From: Dehalococcoidia bacterium
GTDB taxonomy: Bacteria; Chloroflexota; Dehalococcoidia; Lucifugimonadales; CATOSD01
NCBI GenBank assembly: GCA_965217705.1
Contig: CBDCJA010000002.1
Span: 3,367,960-3,431,959, forward strand
Direction: 5' to 3'
Length of the DNA stretch: 64,000 bases
The position numbers and the translations under genes are program-made. Under the pieces are notes generated by a model, which was not told the DNA's origin, did no database searches, and worked only from the letters and a program-made list of their open reading frames with translations. Positions 38,299-47,700 of this stretch are shown here, one piece after another; within the stretch, counting starts at the first letter, position 1, and each line of letters begins with the position of its first letter.

Positions 38299-38404
38299 GC
38301 ACCCCACGTTGCTAGGCCAACCCGCCTACTGCGCAGCACAAATTCACGTGGCATCCTTCGATGCTGCGCTTCATCCCCCACTACCTACACATAACGACAC
38401 TGGA

Positions 38405-38438
38405 GAGCCGGATGCGGTGAAAGCCGCACGTCCGGTTC
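38405..38438 (+). ncRNA. Group II intron domain V
   Basis: GAGCCGGATGCGGTGAAAGCCGCACGTCCGGTTC is a 34-nt hairpin with the canonical GAGC...GTTC ends and a GAAA loop. Confidence 0.85.
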
Positions 38439-38501
38439 GGAGGGGGGCCGACGGAAAAGTGCTCCGGTAACACGGGGTAACTCGCCGGCGGCCTACCCTA
38501 C

Positions 38502-40132
38502 TCGGCGCGGCCGCGGCGTACATGGCTGGATTCAGGCGGGTTCTCGTGCTCTGCCCGCCGCATCTCGTGGCCAAGTGGAAAAGAGAGGTGGAGATGACGG
38601 TGCCCGGCGCCCGCGCCGCCGTGGTCGAGTCCGTCACCGACCTGGAGCGGCTCAGGTTCTCCATAGGCCCAGGCCCGCTGTTCGCGGTGATGAGTCGGGA
38701 GAAGGCCAAGCTGTCCTACCGCTGGAAGGCCGCCGTCATCCAGCGGTGGGCTGTATCCAGTGGTGGGCTCGTCAGGATGGAGGAGACGGGGGAGCCCTTC
38801 CGGGTCCCCTGCTGTCCGGATTGCACGGCCCAAGTCGTGGACAGGGACGGCATTCCGCTCACGGAGAAGGACCTGAACCGCCGCAAGCACACCTGCGCCG
38901 CCTGCGACGCCCCCCTGTGGCAGGCCGACAGGTCCGGGCCGAAACGCTATCCTCTCGCCGACTACGTCAAGCACCACATGCGGGGCTTCTTCGACCTGCT
39001 GATCGGGGACGAAGTTCACGAGTTCAAGGGGCGCGGCTCGGCCCAGGGCATCGCCGCGGGCATCCTCGCCGACGCCTGCGGCAGGTCCCTCAGCCTGACC
39101 GGGACCCTCTTGGGCGGCTATGCGAGCACCATTTTCCATCTGCTCTACAGGTTCAGCCCGGAGATCAGGACGGAGTTCGGGCGCTCGGAAGAGCGCCGCT
39201 GGATACAGCGGTACGGCTTCGAGGAGGTCACCGTCGGCAAGCCCGACGACGACGCGGTGGAGGACGGCAGGTACAGCCGCAGGCGCAAGTACCGCAAGAC
39301 GGTCAGGGAGAGGCCGGGCCTCGTGCCCAGCGCGCTCTTCCACATCATCGGGAACACGGTGTTCCTGCGGCTCTCCGACGTGGCCTCGGGCCTCCCCGAA
39401 TACACCGAGCAGGTGATGCTGTCCTCGATGGACGCGGAGGAGGACGCCACGGGCTACTCCCAGCGCAGCGCCTACAACCACGTGTTCGACGAACTGCGCA
39501 AGGAGCTGGCGGAGGCCCTCAAGTCCGGCTCCAAGCGGCTGCTCGCCACCTACCTGCAAACATTGTTGGCCTACCCGGACGGCTGCACCAGGGGGGAGAC
39601 GGTCTTCGACCCCAGGACGGGCGACGTCATCGTTCAGGTGCCGCCCCTGTCCGAAGAGAATCTCTACCCCAAGGAAAAAGCCCTGGTGGACCTGGTGGCC
39701 GCCGAGCGGCTTGAGGGAAGGCGCGTGCTAGTCTACGTCACCCACACGGGCACCAGGGACGTGACGGGGCGTATGGATGACATCCTCACCCGGCACGGGT
39801 TCCGGGTGGCGGTGATGAAGGCCAACGCGGTGGCCCCAAACCGCAGGGAGAAGTGGGTGGCCGACAAGGTGAAGCACGGCATAGACGTGCTCATCTGCCA
39901 CCCGCGGTTGGTGCAGACCGGCCTCGACCTGATCGACTTCCCAACCATCGTCTGGGACGAGGTAGAGTTCTCCGTCTTCCAATCGACACAAAAAAGTACG
40001 GTTCTCATGGGCGGTCGAATTGGATGCTACCGGAGTCGAATAGGTGCGGCTCCGGTCGCTACTCCGCACCCTCGGCGGCCTCTGGAAGCATCACTTCTAT
40101 GCCGCCGGGAACAGAATAGGCCAGCCGCATGA
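38502..40132 (+). CDS. SNF2/DEAD-like helicase, exon 2; the C-terminus appears truncated or replaced after about 39975
   Basis: VLVLCPPHLVAKWKRE, a zinc-ribbon insert CPDCT...CAACD, DEVHEFKG, and motifs IV-V (VLVYVTH, VLICHPRLVQTGLDL). No motif VI (Q..GR..R.GQ) follows. The last ~50 codons are AT-richer, unrelated sequence. Confidence 0.75.
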
Positions 40133-40325
40133 TGTGCCAGACCTCCCCGCCAGTCGGGATCGTCCCCTCACGCCATGCCGTCACGCGGTCGATCCCGACG
40201 CCGAGGCGCTCCGCGAACTCCTCCCTTGTCAGCCCTACGAGCTCTATGAGCCTCTCCAGCCGCTCTGGATAGTCCTTCGGGAAGAGCTCCCGGTAAGAGC
40301 CCTCTGTCCGCTCACGTGAGTCCAT
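40059..40325 (-). CDS. Small HTH protein, type B (paralog of 11679..12029)
   Basis: See the alignment under 11679..12029. Confidence 0.6.
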   Translation of the reverse strand: MDSRERTEGSYRELFPKDYPERLERLIELVGLTREEFAERLGVGIDRVTAWREGTIPTGGEVWHIMRLAYSVPGGIEVMLPEAAEGAE

Positions 40326-40570
40326 AGTCCCACCTCCTCCTTCTGTGGACCCGTATCAGGCCCTCATTCGGCAGCGTCCCCAAGACCCTCCGAAACCCGC
40401 ATGGCCTATTTTACCAGTAACGGCATGGCTGCCGCCGTTCGCCGTTCCGCCATCCTGCCGGTACTTTCAACTGCTTGGGATCACCCCCTCGTAGGAGGCC
40501 CCCTCCTCCGGATAGAAGACTTTACGAACGGTGTGTTCTCCGCAGCCACAGCCCACACGATGTGGGGACT

Positions 40571-41737
40571 TCAGTCCAGCGGGAGCGGCAGCCGTATCCA
40601 CAGCGGCAGGTGGTCGCTCACCTTGTGCTCGAACCGAGGCACGAGGGCGGACCTCTCTCTGGACGACAGATCCCTGTACGGACGGCCCAGCAGGGCCTCG
40701 CTGAACAGGTCGCCGAACTCGAACACCCCGTAGTCCGGCCCTCTGGCCTCGGTGCCCATTACCGCATTGTCCATGTAGGTCGGCAGACGCGAATCCCGGT
40801 TGAACAGGCCAATCTGGTCGAAGGTCTCCGTAAGCCGCGCGTTGGTGCGGAAGATGTCATCCCGGCCCGGATGCACGTCCAGGAAGGGGAAGTTGACGTT
40901 GGCCCCATCCAACTCCCCGTTCAGCGACTTGATTCGCTCCTCTATCCGCCCCCGGTCCCTGGCGGGATTGTCGTAGTCCAGGTTGAGGTCGCCCAGCAGC
41001 ATGAAATTCGGGTAGTAGGCATGGCTCTGGGTCCTGAACCGGCTCATGATCCAGTCGACCAGGGCATTGAACTCCTGGCGCCGGTCGTCGATGTAGTTCC
41101 CGAAGTACAGGTGGGCGTTGACGGCCATGAGCTCATACGGCCGGGTGCCGGGATGCCCGGGTATACGGAACGCCACGCAGAAAGGCTGGCGTATGAAGGA
41201 CAGGAAGACGCTCAGCTTGAGCCTCGGCTTGGTCTTGCGCCTTCCCGACCGGTAGTCCGCAAGCCTCTTCGAGTAAGGTCCCAGGTCGTCGACAAACGCC
41301 TCGTAGTTGCCGGCGATGGAGTCGATGACCTTGGTCCGGTCGTAGGTGACGTCGCTGGCGACCTCCATCCGTTCCACCGTATTCCAGCGGTAGATGAATC
41401 CGAGCCGCTCACCCAGTCCCGGCTCGCCGGGGAACACCCCCGTCTGGTCCGAGACCACCATGCTGAACTCCGGCCCAAGCAGGGACATCAACCGCCGCAG
41501 GCCGCTGAGGTCGTCCATTATCTCCTGAACGGCCAGCAGGTCGAAGCTGCGGCAGACATCGGCCAGGAACTCCCAGGTGTCGGAATTGCGGCTCCGGGAA
41601 GATCCCAACTTTCGTATGTTGAAGGACCCCAGGAGCACCGAGCCGTACTCCCTCTGCGGCAGACCGTACCGCCGTGGGTCTTCGTCCAGTCGAGCCCTGA
41701 TCAGTTTCCAGTCGGCTGATGTGAATTGCCTGGCCAT
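40571..41737 (-). CDS. Endonuclease/exonuclease/phosphatase (EEP, DNase I-like) family protein
   Basis: LLAVQEI, AVNAHLYFG, LLGDLNLD and the terminal KVSDHLPLW are EEP catalytic motifs. No signal peptide is evident. The ATG at 41737 has a GGAGGA SD; the maximal ORF extends to 41749. Confidence 0.85.
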   Translation of the reverse strand: MARQFTSADWKLIRARLDEDPRRYGLPQREYGSVLLGSFNIRKLGSSRSRNSDTWEFLADVCRSFDLLAVQEIMDDLSGLRRLMSLLGPEFSMVVSDQTGVFPGEPGLGERLGFIYRWNTVERMEVASDVTYDRTKVIDSIAGNYEAFVDDLGPYSKRLADYRSGRRKTKPRLKLSVFLSFIRQPFCVAFRIPGHPGTRPYELMAVNAHLYFGNYIDDRRQEFNALVDWIMSRFRTQSHAYYPNFMLLGDLNLDYDNPARDRGRIEERIKSLNGELDGANVNFPFLDVHPGRDDIFRTNARLTETFDQIGLFNRDSRLPTYMDNAVMGTEARGPDYGVFEFGDLFSEALLGRPYRDLSSRERSALVPRFEHKVSDHLPLWIRLPLPLD

Positions 41738-41754
41738 GCTGTCCTCCATTCAAG

Positions 41755-44181
41755 TCAAGATGAGTCGTCAGCGCCGTCATCGTATGGTGTGTCCTCGTGC
41801 GGGGTTGTGATGTCCTCCCCCTTCTCCATCCGGTAGCCGACGCGAGGCACGGCGAAGATGAAGGCCGGGTTGGACGCGTCCTCGCCCAGCTTGCGGCGCA
41901 GCCTCTTGACGATATTCCTCACCGGCCCGGAGTCTTCGCCCTTGTCCGGTCCCCAGACCCGTTGCAGCAGACGCTCGTGGGTCAGGGCCCGCCCCGCGTT
42001 GACCGAAAGCTCGACCAGCATCCGGTACTCGATGTCGGTGAGCTCCACGGGGTTTCCGGCCACCGTCACCCTGCGCTGGGCATAGTCGACGGTCAGGTCT
42101 CCCCGCACGTAGGGCGCGGAGGGCTGAGCCAGCTCGGGCGCCGCACGCTTGCGCAGGGCCGCCCGGATCCGGGCCGCAAGCTCCGTCGCCGAGAAGGGCT
42201 TGACCACGTAGTCGGCCGCTCCCATGTCGAAGGCCCGCGCCACGACCTCCTCCTGGCCGTTGACGGAGAGGAAGATGACCGGCACGTCGGAGACTTCCCG
42301 GATGTCCTTCATCAGCTCCATGCCGTCGCTGCCCGGCAGCATCATGTCCAGCAGCACCAGGCGGGGCGCTTCCTCCGCCATGAGCCGGGAGACCTCCTCC
42401 GGGTCTCCGGTCACGACGGGCGTGTAGCCCGCCTTCGTGAGGGCGTCCCGCACGTACCGGAGCGTCTGCGGGTCATCGTCCACGCAGAGAATACGGGGCC
42501 GCTCCCTGGTCTTCGTCCTGCGCCGGCGTGACGGCGGAGGGGGAAGGGTGACGGTCTCCTCCACCGCCGGAACGGTGAAGGTGAACCGGCTTCCCAGGCC
42601 AAGCCCGTCGCTCTCGGCCCGGATGCGGCCGCCGTGGGCCTCCACGATGCCCTTGCAGATGGCGAGTCCCAAGCCCGACCCGGCGATCGCCCGTCCCCGC
42701 TCCTCGCCGTCGAGCTGGGAGAACTTGCGGAACAGGTGCGGCAGCCGCTCGGCGGGCACGCCCACGCCGTCGTCCGCCACCGAGAAGGCGACGTGAACGC
42801 CATCCAGCACTGCGGCCACCCGGATGGGGGACAACTCGTTCGAGTGGTGGGCCGCGTTGGAGAGCAGGTTGCCCAGCGCTTGGACGATGCGCCGCCGGTC
42901 CGCCATGACCCGGGGCAGGTACGGCGGCAGGTCGATGACCAGGTTGCTCCTTCCGCCCCCGCTCTGGAACCTGCTCCTGGCCTCGTCCACCAGGACGGCC
43001 GCATCCACGGGTTCGGGGGAGACCGGCAGGGCGCCCGTCTCGATGCGGGCCACGTCCAGCAGGTCGCCTATCAGGTAGCGCATGTTCTCGGACTGGTCGC
43101 GGATGATCCTGAAGAACTGCGTCATCTCGGCAGAGTCCAGGTCGGAGGCGGACTCCAGAAGGGTATCCACCGATCCCTTGACGGCGGCCAGGGGCGTCCT
43201 CAGCTCGTGGCTCACCATGCCCAGGAACTCGGCCCGCAGCCGCTCCAGTTCCTCCATCGGCGTCATGTCCTGCATGGTCACGACCACCGACTCGACCTCG
43301 CCCTCCTCGGAGAAGATGGGCGTGGCGTTGATCAGGGTGGTGACGCTCTGCCCGCCGGGGGCCTGGAGGACGATCTCCTCGGCCCGCACCGTCTCCCCCG
43401 TGCGCAGCCCTTGGGCCAGGGGGAACTCCACCAGGGAGACCTCCCGACCGTCGAACCGCCGGAAGGTCAGCACCTCCAGCAGCTGCTCCGCCGAGCCGCC
43501 GGGCGCGCAAAGGTCGTTGACGATCCGCCTGGCCTCCCGGTTGACCGACGTCACGCCGCCCGTCTTGGCGTCGAACACCAAGACGCCCACAGGTGTGGTG
43601 TTCACCAGGGTCTCCAGGTCGGTCCTGGCCCGCTGCTCCTCCCGGTGCCTGCGGGCGTTGGCGATGACCAGCGCCGCCTGGGAGGCGAACATCACCAGGG
43701 TCGCCTCGTCCTCGGGGGTGAACTCCAGCTCCTTCTCGCCGACGTAGAAGGCCCCGACGCTCTCCCCCAGGTGGCGGATGGGCGCGGCCAGGAAGGGAAG
43801 GGGCGAGCTCACCGCCATCGGCGGGAGGAACTCGGGCAGGCCCAACTCCCTGATGTAACTGTGGAAGTCCCGCAGCCGCAGCGGTTCACTGATGCTGCTC
43901 AGGTACTCGAAGAACAGCATCCCGTCGGGAAATTCGGCGAACTGCCGGCTCTCCTCGGGAGTCAGCCCGGAGTAGACAAAGTCCTGTATCCGCCCCGATT
44001 CGTCCAGGAGGGTGATGACGCCGTAGCGCGCCCCAGTCAGCGAGCAGGCTGAGTCCAGCACCCTCTGGAGCACCGTCTCGAAGTCGAGGCTCTCGTTGAT
44101 GCGCAGGCTGGCCTCGCTCAGCCTGGAGAGGCGGGCGCGCAGGGCCTCGTTCTCCCGCTCAAGCTCCCCGGCGTCCCTCAT
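41755..44181 (-). CDS. Single-polypeptide GAF-PAS sensor histidine kinase fused to a receiver and an OmpR-type DNA-binding domain
   Basis: H-box FLGMVSHELRTPL; N and G boxes LGNLLSNAAHH, DDGVGV and GSGLGLAI; receiver ILCVDDDP...LLDMMLPG...VVKPF; winged helix LTDIEYRMLVEL...VRNIVKRLRRKL...VPRVGYRM. Confidence 0.9.
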   Translation of the reverse strand: MRDAGELERENEALRARLSRLSEASLRINESLDFETVLQRVLDSACSLTGARYGVITLLDESGRIQDFVYSGLTPEESRQFAEFPDGMLFFEYLSSISEPLRLRDFHSYIRELGLPEFLPPMAVSSPLPFLAAPIRHLGESVGAFYVGEKELEFTPEDEATLVMFASQAALVIANARRHREEQRARTDLETLVNTTPVGVLVFDAKTGGVTSVNREARRIVNDLCAPGGSAEQLLEVLTFRRFDGREVSLVEFPLAQGLRTGETVRAEEIVLQAPGGQSVTTLINATPIFSEEGEVESVVVTMQDMTPMEELERLRAEFLGMVSHELRTPLAAVKGSVDTLLESASDLDSAEMTQFFRIIRDQSENMRYLIGDLLDVARIETGALPVSPEPVDAAVLVDEARSRFQSGGGRSNLVIDLPPYLPRVMADRRRIVQALGNLLSNAAHHSNELSPIRVAAVLDGVHVAFSVADDGVGVPAERLPHLFRKFSQLDGEERGRAIAGSGLGLAICKGIVEAHGGRIRAESDGLGLGSRFTFTVPAVEETVTLPPPPSRRRRTKTRERPRILCVDDDPQTLRYVRDALTKAGYTPVVTGDPEEVSRLMAEEAPRLVLLDMMLPGSDGMELMKDIREVSDVPVIFLSVNGQEEVVARAFDMGAADYVVKPFSATELAARIRAALRKRAAPELAQPSAPYVRGDLTVDYAQRRVTVAGNPVELTDIEYRMLVELSVNAGRALTHERLLQRVWGPDKGEDSGPVRNIVKRLRRKLGEDASNPAFIFAVPRVGYRMEKGEDITTPHEDTPYDDGADDSS

Positions 44182-44391
44182 CCTCTCGACCTCCGTTCAG
44201 GCATGGACGGCCCGCGGTTCCCCTGGTCCCGCACGGCCCGGCGCGCCCATTATAGGGGTGGTGTGCGCATTACACAATTCAAATTGGTCCCAGATTGATG
44301 GCAAATGTGCATAGATTACACTGACTTTCCACGGCTTTCTCCGTCATACTTGTGGGAACTTTGCCCCATCGTACGGCGGGGAGGATTTAAC

Positions 44392-44517
44392 GTGGGATTC
44401 GACAGGCCGATAGACGGAGTGGAGAAACTGGTCGCACCGACCACGTTCGAGACTGCCTTCTGCTGCCTAACTAGCACAGACGTCCCCCCCCCCCCCCCGA
44501 TTTTCCCTCTCCTCTAG
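44392..44517 (+). CDS. Candidate 41-codon upstream ORF containing the C15 tract (speculative)
   Basis: GGGGAGGA SD 6 nt before the GTG at 44392. It translates VGFDRPIDGVEKLVAPTTFETAFCCLTSTDVPPPPPIFPLL*. Confidence 0.25.
   Translation: MGFDRPIDGVEKLVAPTTFETAFCCLTSTDVPPPPPIFPLL
44484..44498 (+). repeat. Homopolymeric C15 tract
   Basis: Counted directly: 7 + 8 C across 44484-44498, about 270 nt upstream of the giant gene start. Confidence 0.95.
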
Positions 44518-44766
44518 CACCCTCGCCGCCTCCGGCTCATACCGGCAGGCCCGATTCTCTCCCATCGCCGCTCCCTCTGAGCGCGCGCCCGAAGCCTTCA
44601 GTGTCCTCGAAGGACGCCTTGCGGCGGGCTTCGCACGTCCCGCACTCACCCGGAACAGCCTTCAACCATGCAACGCCACACGCCCTCCGCGCCGCTATCG
44701 GCTGACGCCTGCGGAGCGGACGGGCTGGCGTCCCATACCCCCGCACAAGCACAAGGAGGACTCATC

Positions 44767-47700
44767 ATGACTAACATCAATAGACGACGATTCCCTATCC
44801 TGCTGGCCTCCGCCCTGGCGCTGCTCGCCATCCTCGGCGCGCTCCTCCTGCCCATCACGGCCCAGGCGCAGACCGTGACCACCCTGGTCAGCAATATCGG
44901 GCAGACCACCAACGCATTTGCACTCCTCGATGTGCTTGACGGGGACCAGGCGCTTTCAATCACCACCGGAGGCACCACAAGCGACAGCCACACCATCGAG
45001 AGCCTCGAAATCAAAGTAGACGAGTACGAGCGGGTTGGGAGCACGGGCACGGTCAGCCTCTACTCGGATAACTCCGGGGTTCCGGGCTCGAGCATCTTCA
45101 CGTTCACGAACCCGACCGGCGGTATCGTATCCGAGTCGGTCAACACCTTCACCGCCCCCGACAACACCACGCTGACGGGCGGAACGACCTACCACATCGT
45201 GGTTTCCGGGGAGGCCCCTGCGGGTGCCACCGGCCCCAACTTTGATTTGGAGGTAACCACCTCGAATGACCAGGACGACGCGGGGGAAGACGACTGGGAG
45301 ATCGGAGACTCCGGGCACTCGCTGTCTGGTACTACGTGGAGCAGTTCGACCTATGTCATGCAGATCCGCGTCAACGGCAGCGCGGTGGGCGGCGAGACGC
45401 CGACGCTCTCGACGGACGCGACGCTGAGCGGGCTGTCGCTGGGCACGGGGGTGACGCTGAGCCCGGCCTTCGCCTCGGGCACGGACACCTACACTGCGTC
45501 GGTCGCCAACAGCGTCGACGAGGTGACGGTGACGCCGACGACGAACCACGCCAGCGCGACGGTCGAGATTCTAGACACGGACGACAACGAGCTCAACGAC
45601 TCGGACGACGTGGAGGACGACTTCCAGGTGGCGCTGGAGGTGGGCGACACCGTCATCAAGGTGAAGGTGACGGCCGAGGACGGCACCTCGACGCAGACCT
45701 ACACGGTGACCGTGACGCGGGCGGCGGAGATGACGCCGGACGATTCCGGCAACGTCTCCGAGGGCGACACCGACCTGCCCGGCGACACCACCACCACCGG
45801 CAAGGTGGAAGTGGGCGGCTCGGTCACGGGCAAGATCAGAAACCTCAACGACAAGGACTGGTTCGCGGTGGAGCTGGAGGCGGGCAAGCGATACCAGATC
45901 GACATGGAGGGAGCGGACACCGGCCGCGGTACCCTTACACACCCGCGTGTGAGTGGGATTTACGATGCGGCGGCGAATGCGATTGCAAACACAGCTAACA
46001 ACGGCGGCGGTGTGGGCAACAACGCCCGGGTGATCTACACGCCGGACGCGGCCGGAACCTATTACGTAGAGGCGTACTTCCAAACGGGAGAACTTAACCG
46101 CACCTACACGCTGTCGGTGATCCTGCTGGGCGCGAACGGCGCCTCGGAGGCCGACACGGACTTTCCCGCCACCACCGCCACCACCGGCCGGGTCGAGGTC
46201 GGCTCCAAGGTCGAGGCCTCGGTCACGGGCAACATTGAAAGCGCAACAGATGAGGACTGGTTCCGCGTCGACTTGGAGGCGGGCAAGACCTACCAGATCG
46301 ACATGAAGGGCGAATATGGCGGCGGCGGCACCTTGGAAGACCCTTATCTGAACAATATCCGCGACTCATCCAGCAACGAGATTGAGGGCACATTTAATGA
46401 CGACATCGACCCCGACAATAACCTCAACAGCCAGATAACCTTCACGCCGACCGCGGGCGGCACGTACTACCTGCTTGTCGGTGCCGCGTCCAGCACCACA
46501 GGCACCTACACGCTGTCGGTGCGTGAGATCCCGCCGTCCTGCACGCTGAACACGGGCGACGTCTGGTGCGGCGTGGTGACGGTGGGGGAGTATAAGTCTG
46601 GTGGGATTACCTTTGCCTATGGGTTCGTGGATGCCACAACCGATACAGGTGCCCTGTCCGACACGACGTTCGACGTCAGTCCGAATTCCTACACGATAGA
46701 CCGGGCTAGCGTGGGAGTGAGTGGGCTTGCCGGCCAGCTGATTTTCAGCCTGACCAGCGCCCTTACCGAACCGGACCGGGCCAAGCTGGTCCTGCATGTC
46801 GACGGCAGCAGTGGCTCGTTCGCGTTCGACGGTGTCACTCCAACTGCTAGCTTTGGCTACCGATGGGCCATGTCCGGCTTGGACTGGTCCTCGGAGACGT
46901 CCGTGACGCTGCGGCTGCGGGACACCCCGCCGCTCTCGACGGACGCGACGCTGAGCGGGCTGTCGCTGGGCACGGGGGTGACGCTGAGCCCGGCCTTCGC
47001 CTCGGGCACGGACACCTACACGGCGTCGGTCGCCAACAGCGTCGACGAGGTGACGGTGACGCCGACGACGAACCACGCCAGCGCGACGGTCGAGATTCTA
47101 GACACGGACGACAACGAGCTCGACGACGCGGACGACGTGGAGGACGACTTCCAGGTGGCGCTGTCGGTGGGCGACACCGTCATCAAGGTGAAGGTGACGG
47201 CCGAGGACGGCACCTCGACGCAGACCTACACGGTGACCGTGACGCGGGCGGCGGATATGACGCCCGACGATCCCCCGGACGATTCCGGCAACGTCTCCGA
47301 AGGCGACACCGACCTGCCCGGCGACACCACCACCACCGGCAAGGTGGAAGTGGGCGGCTCGGTGACAGGCACAATCGCGGACACTATTGATGACCTTTCT
47401 AGTGGCGACAGCTTCAAGGTCGATCTGGAAGCCGGCAAGCGATACCAGATCGACGTGGAGGGCGCGCCCACCGGACGCGGCACGCTGCCGGACCCGTGGC
47501 TGGCCAGCATCGTCGACCCTGACGGCAACCAGGTTCAAGGTGCGGGGGACAACGACAGCGGCGTGGGCCTCAACGCCCGGTTGATCCTCACGCCGACGGA
47601 GGACGGCGCCCATGACGTCAACGTGCGCGCCTACTTCGTACCCAGCGCCCAACCGGGCACCTACACGCTGTCGGTGATCCTGCTGGGCGCGAACGGCGCC

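Larger units (their letters stand above)
35187..38501 (+). mobile_element. Group II intron, 3,315 nt
   Basis: 5' GTGCG at 35187; an RT/maturase/HNH ORF; domain V at 38405-38438; 3' end ...CCTACCCTAC at 38501. Joining the exons restores GTGKTF-IGAAAAYMAGFRRVLVLCPPHLVAKWKRE in frame. Confidence 0.9.

Noticed and set aside
40341-40360. Fourth (partial) copy of the 24-nt insert (CCCGTATCAGGCC...)
   Set aside because: Only 11 nt match, the hairpin complement is missing, and the site is intergenic.
44260-44325. ATTACAC boxes in the giant-gene leader as copies of the 30.2-kb TACACGG boxes
   Set aside because: There are only two short matches (44271 and 44317) with different flanks and spacing, which is within chance expectation.
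44767-44870. Twin-arginine (Tat) signal on the giant protein (NRRRFPIL)
   Set aside because: The motif resemblance is real, but Tat export of a folded 5,022-aa protein is implausible. I treat it as a Sec-type signal peptide with a basic n-region.
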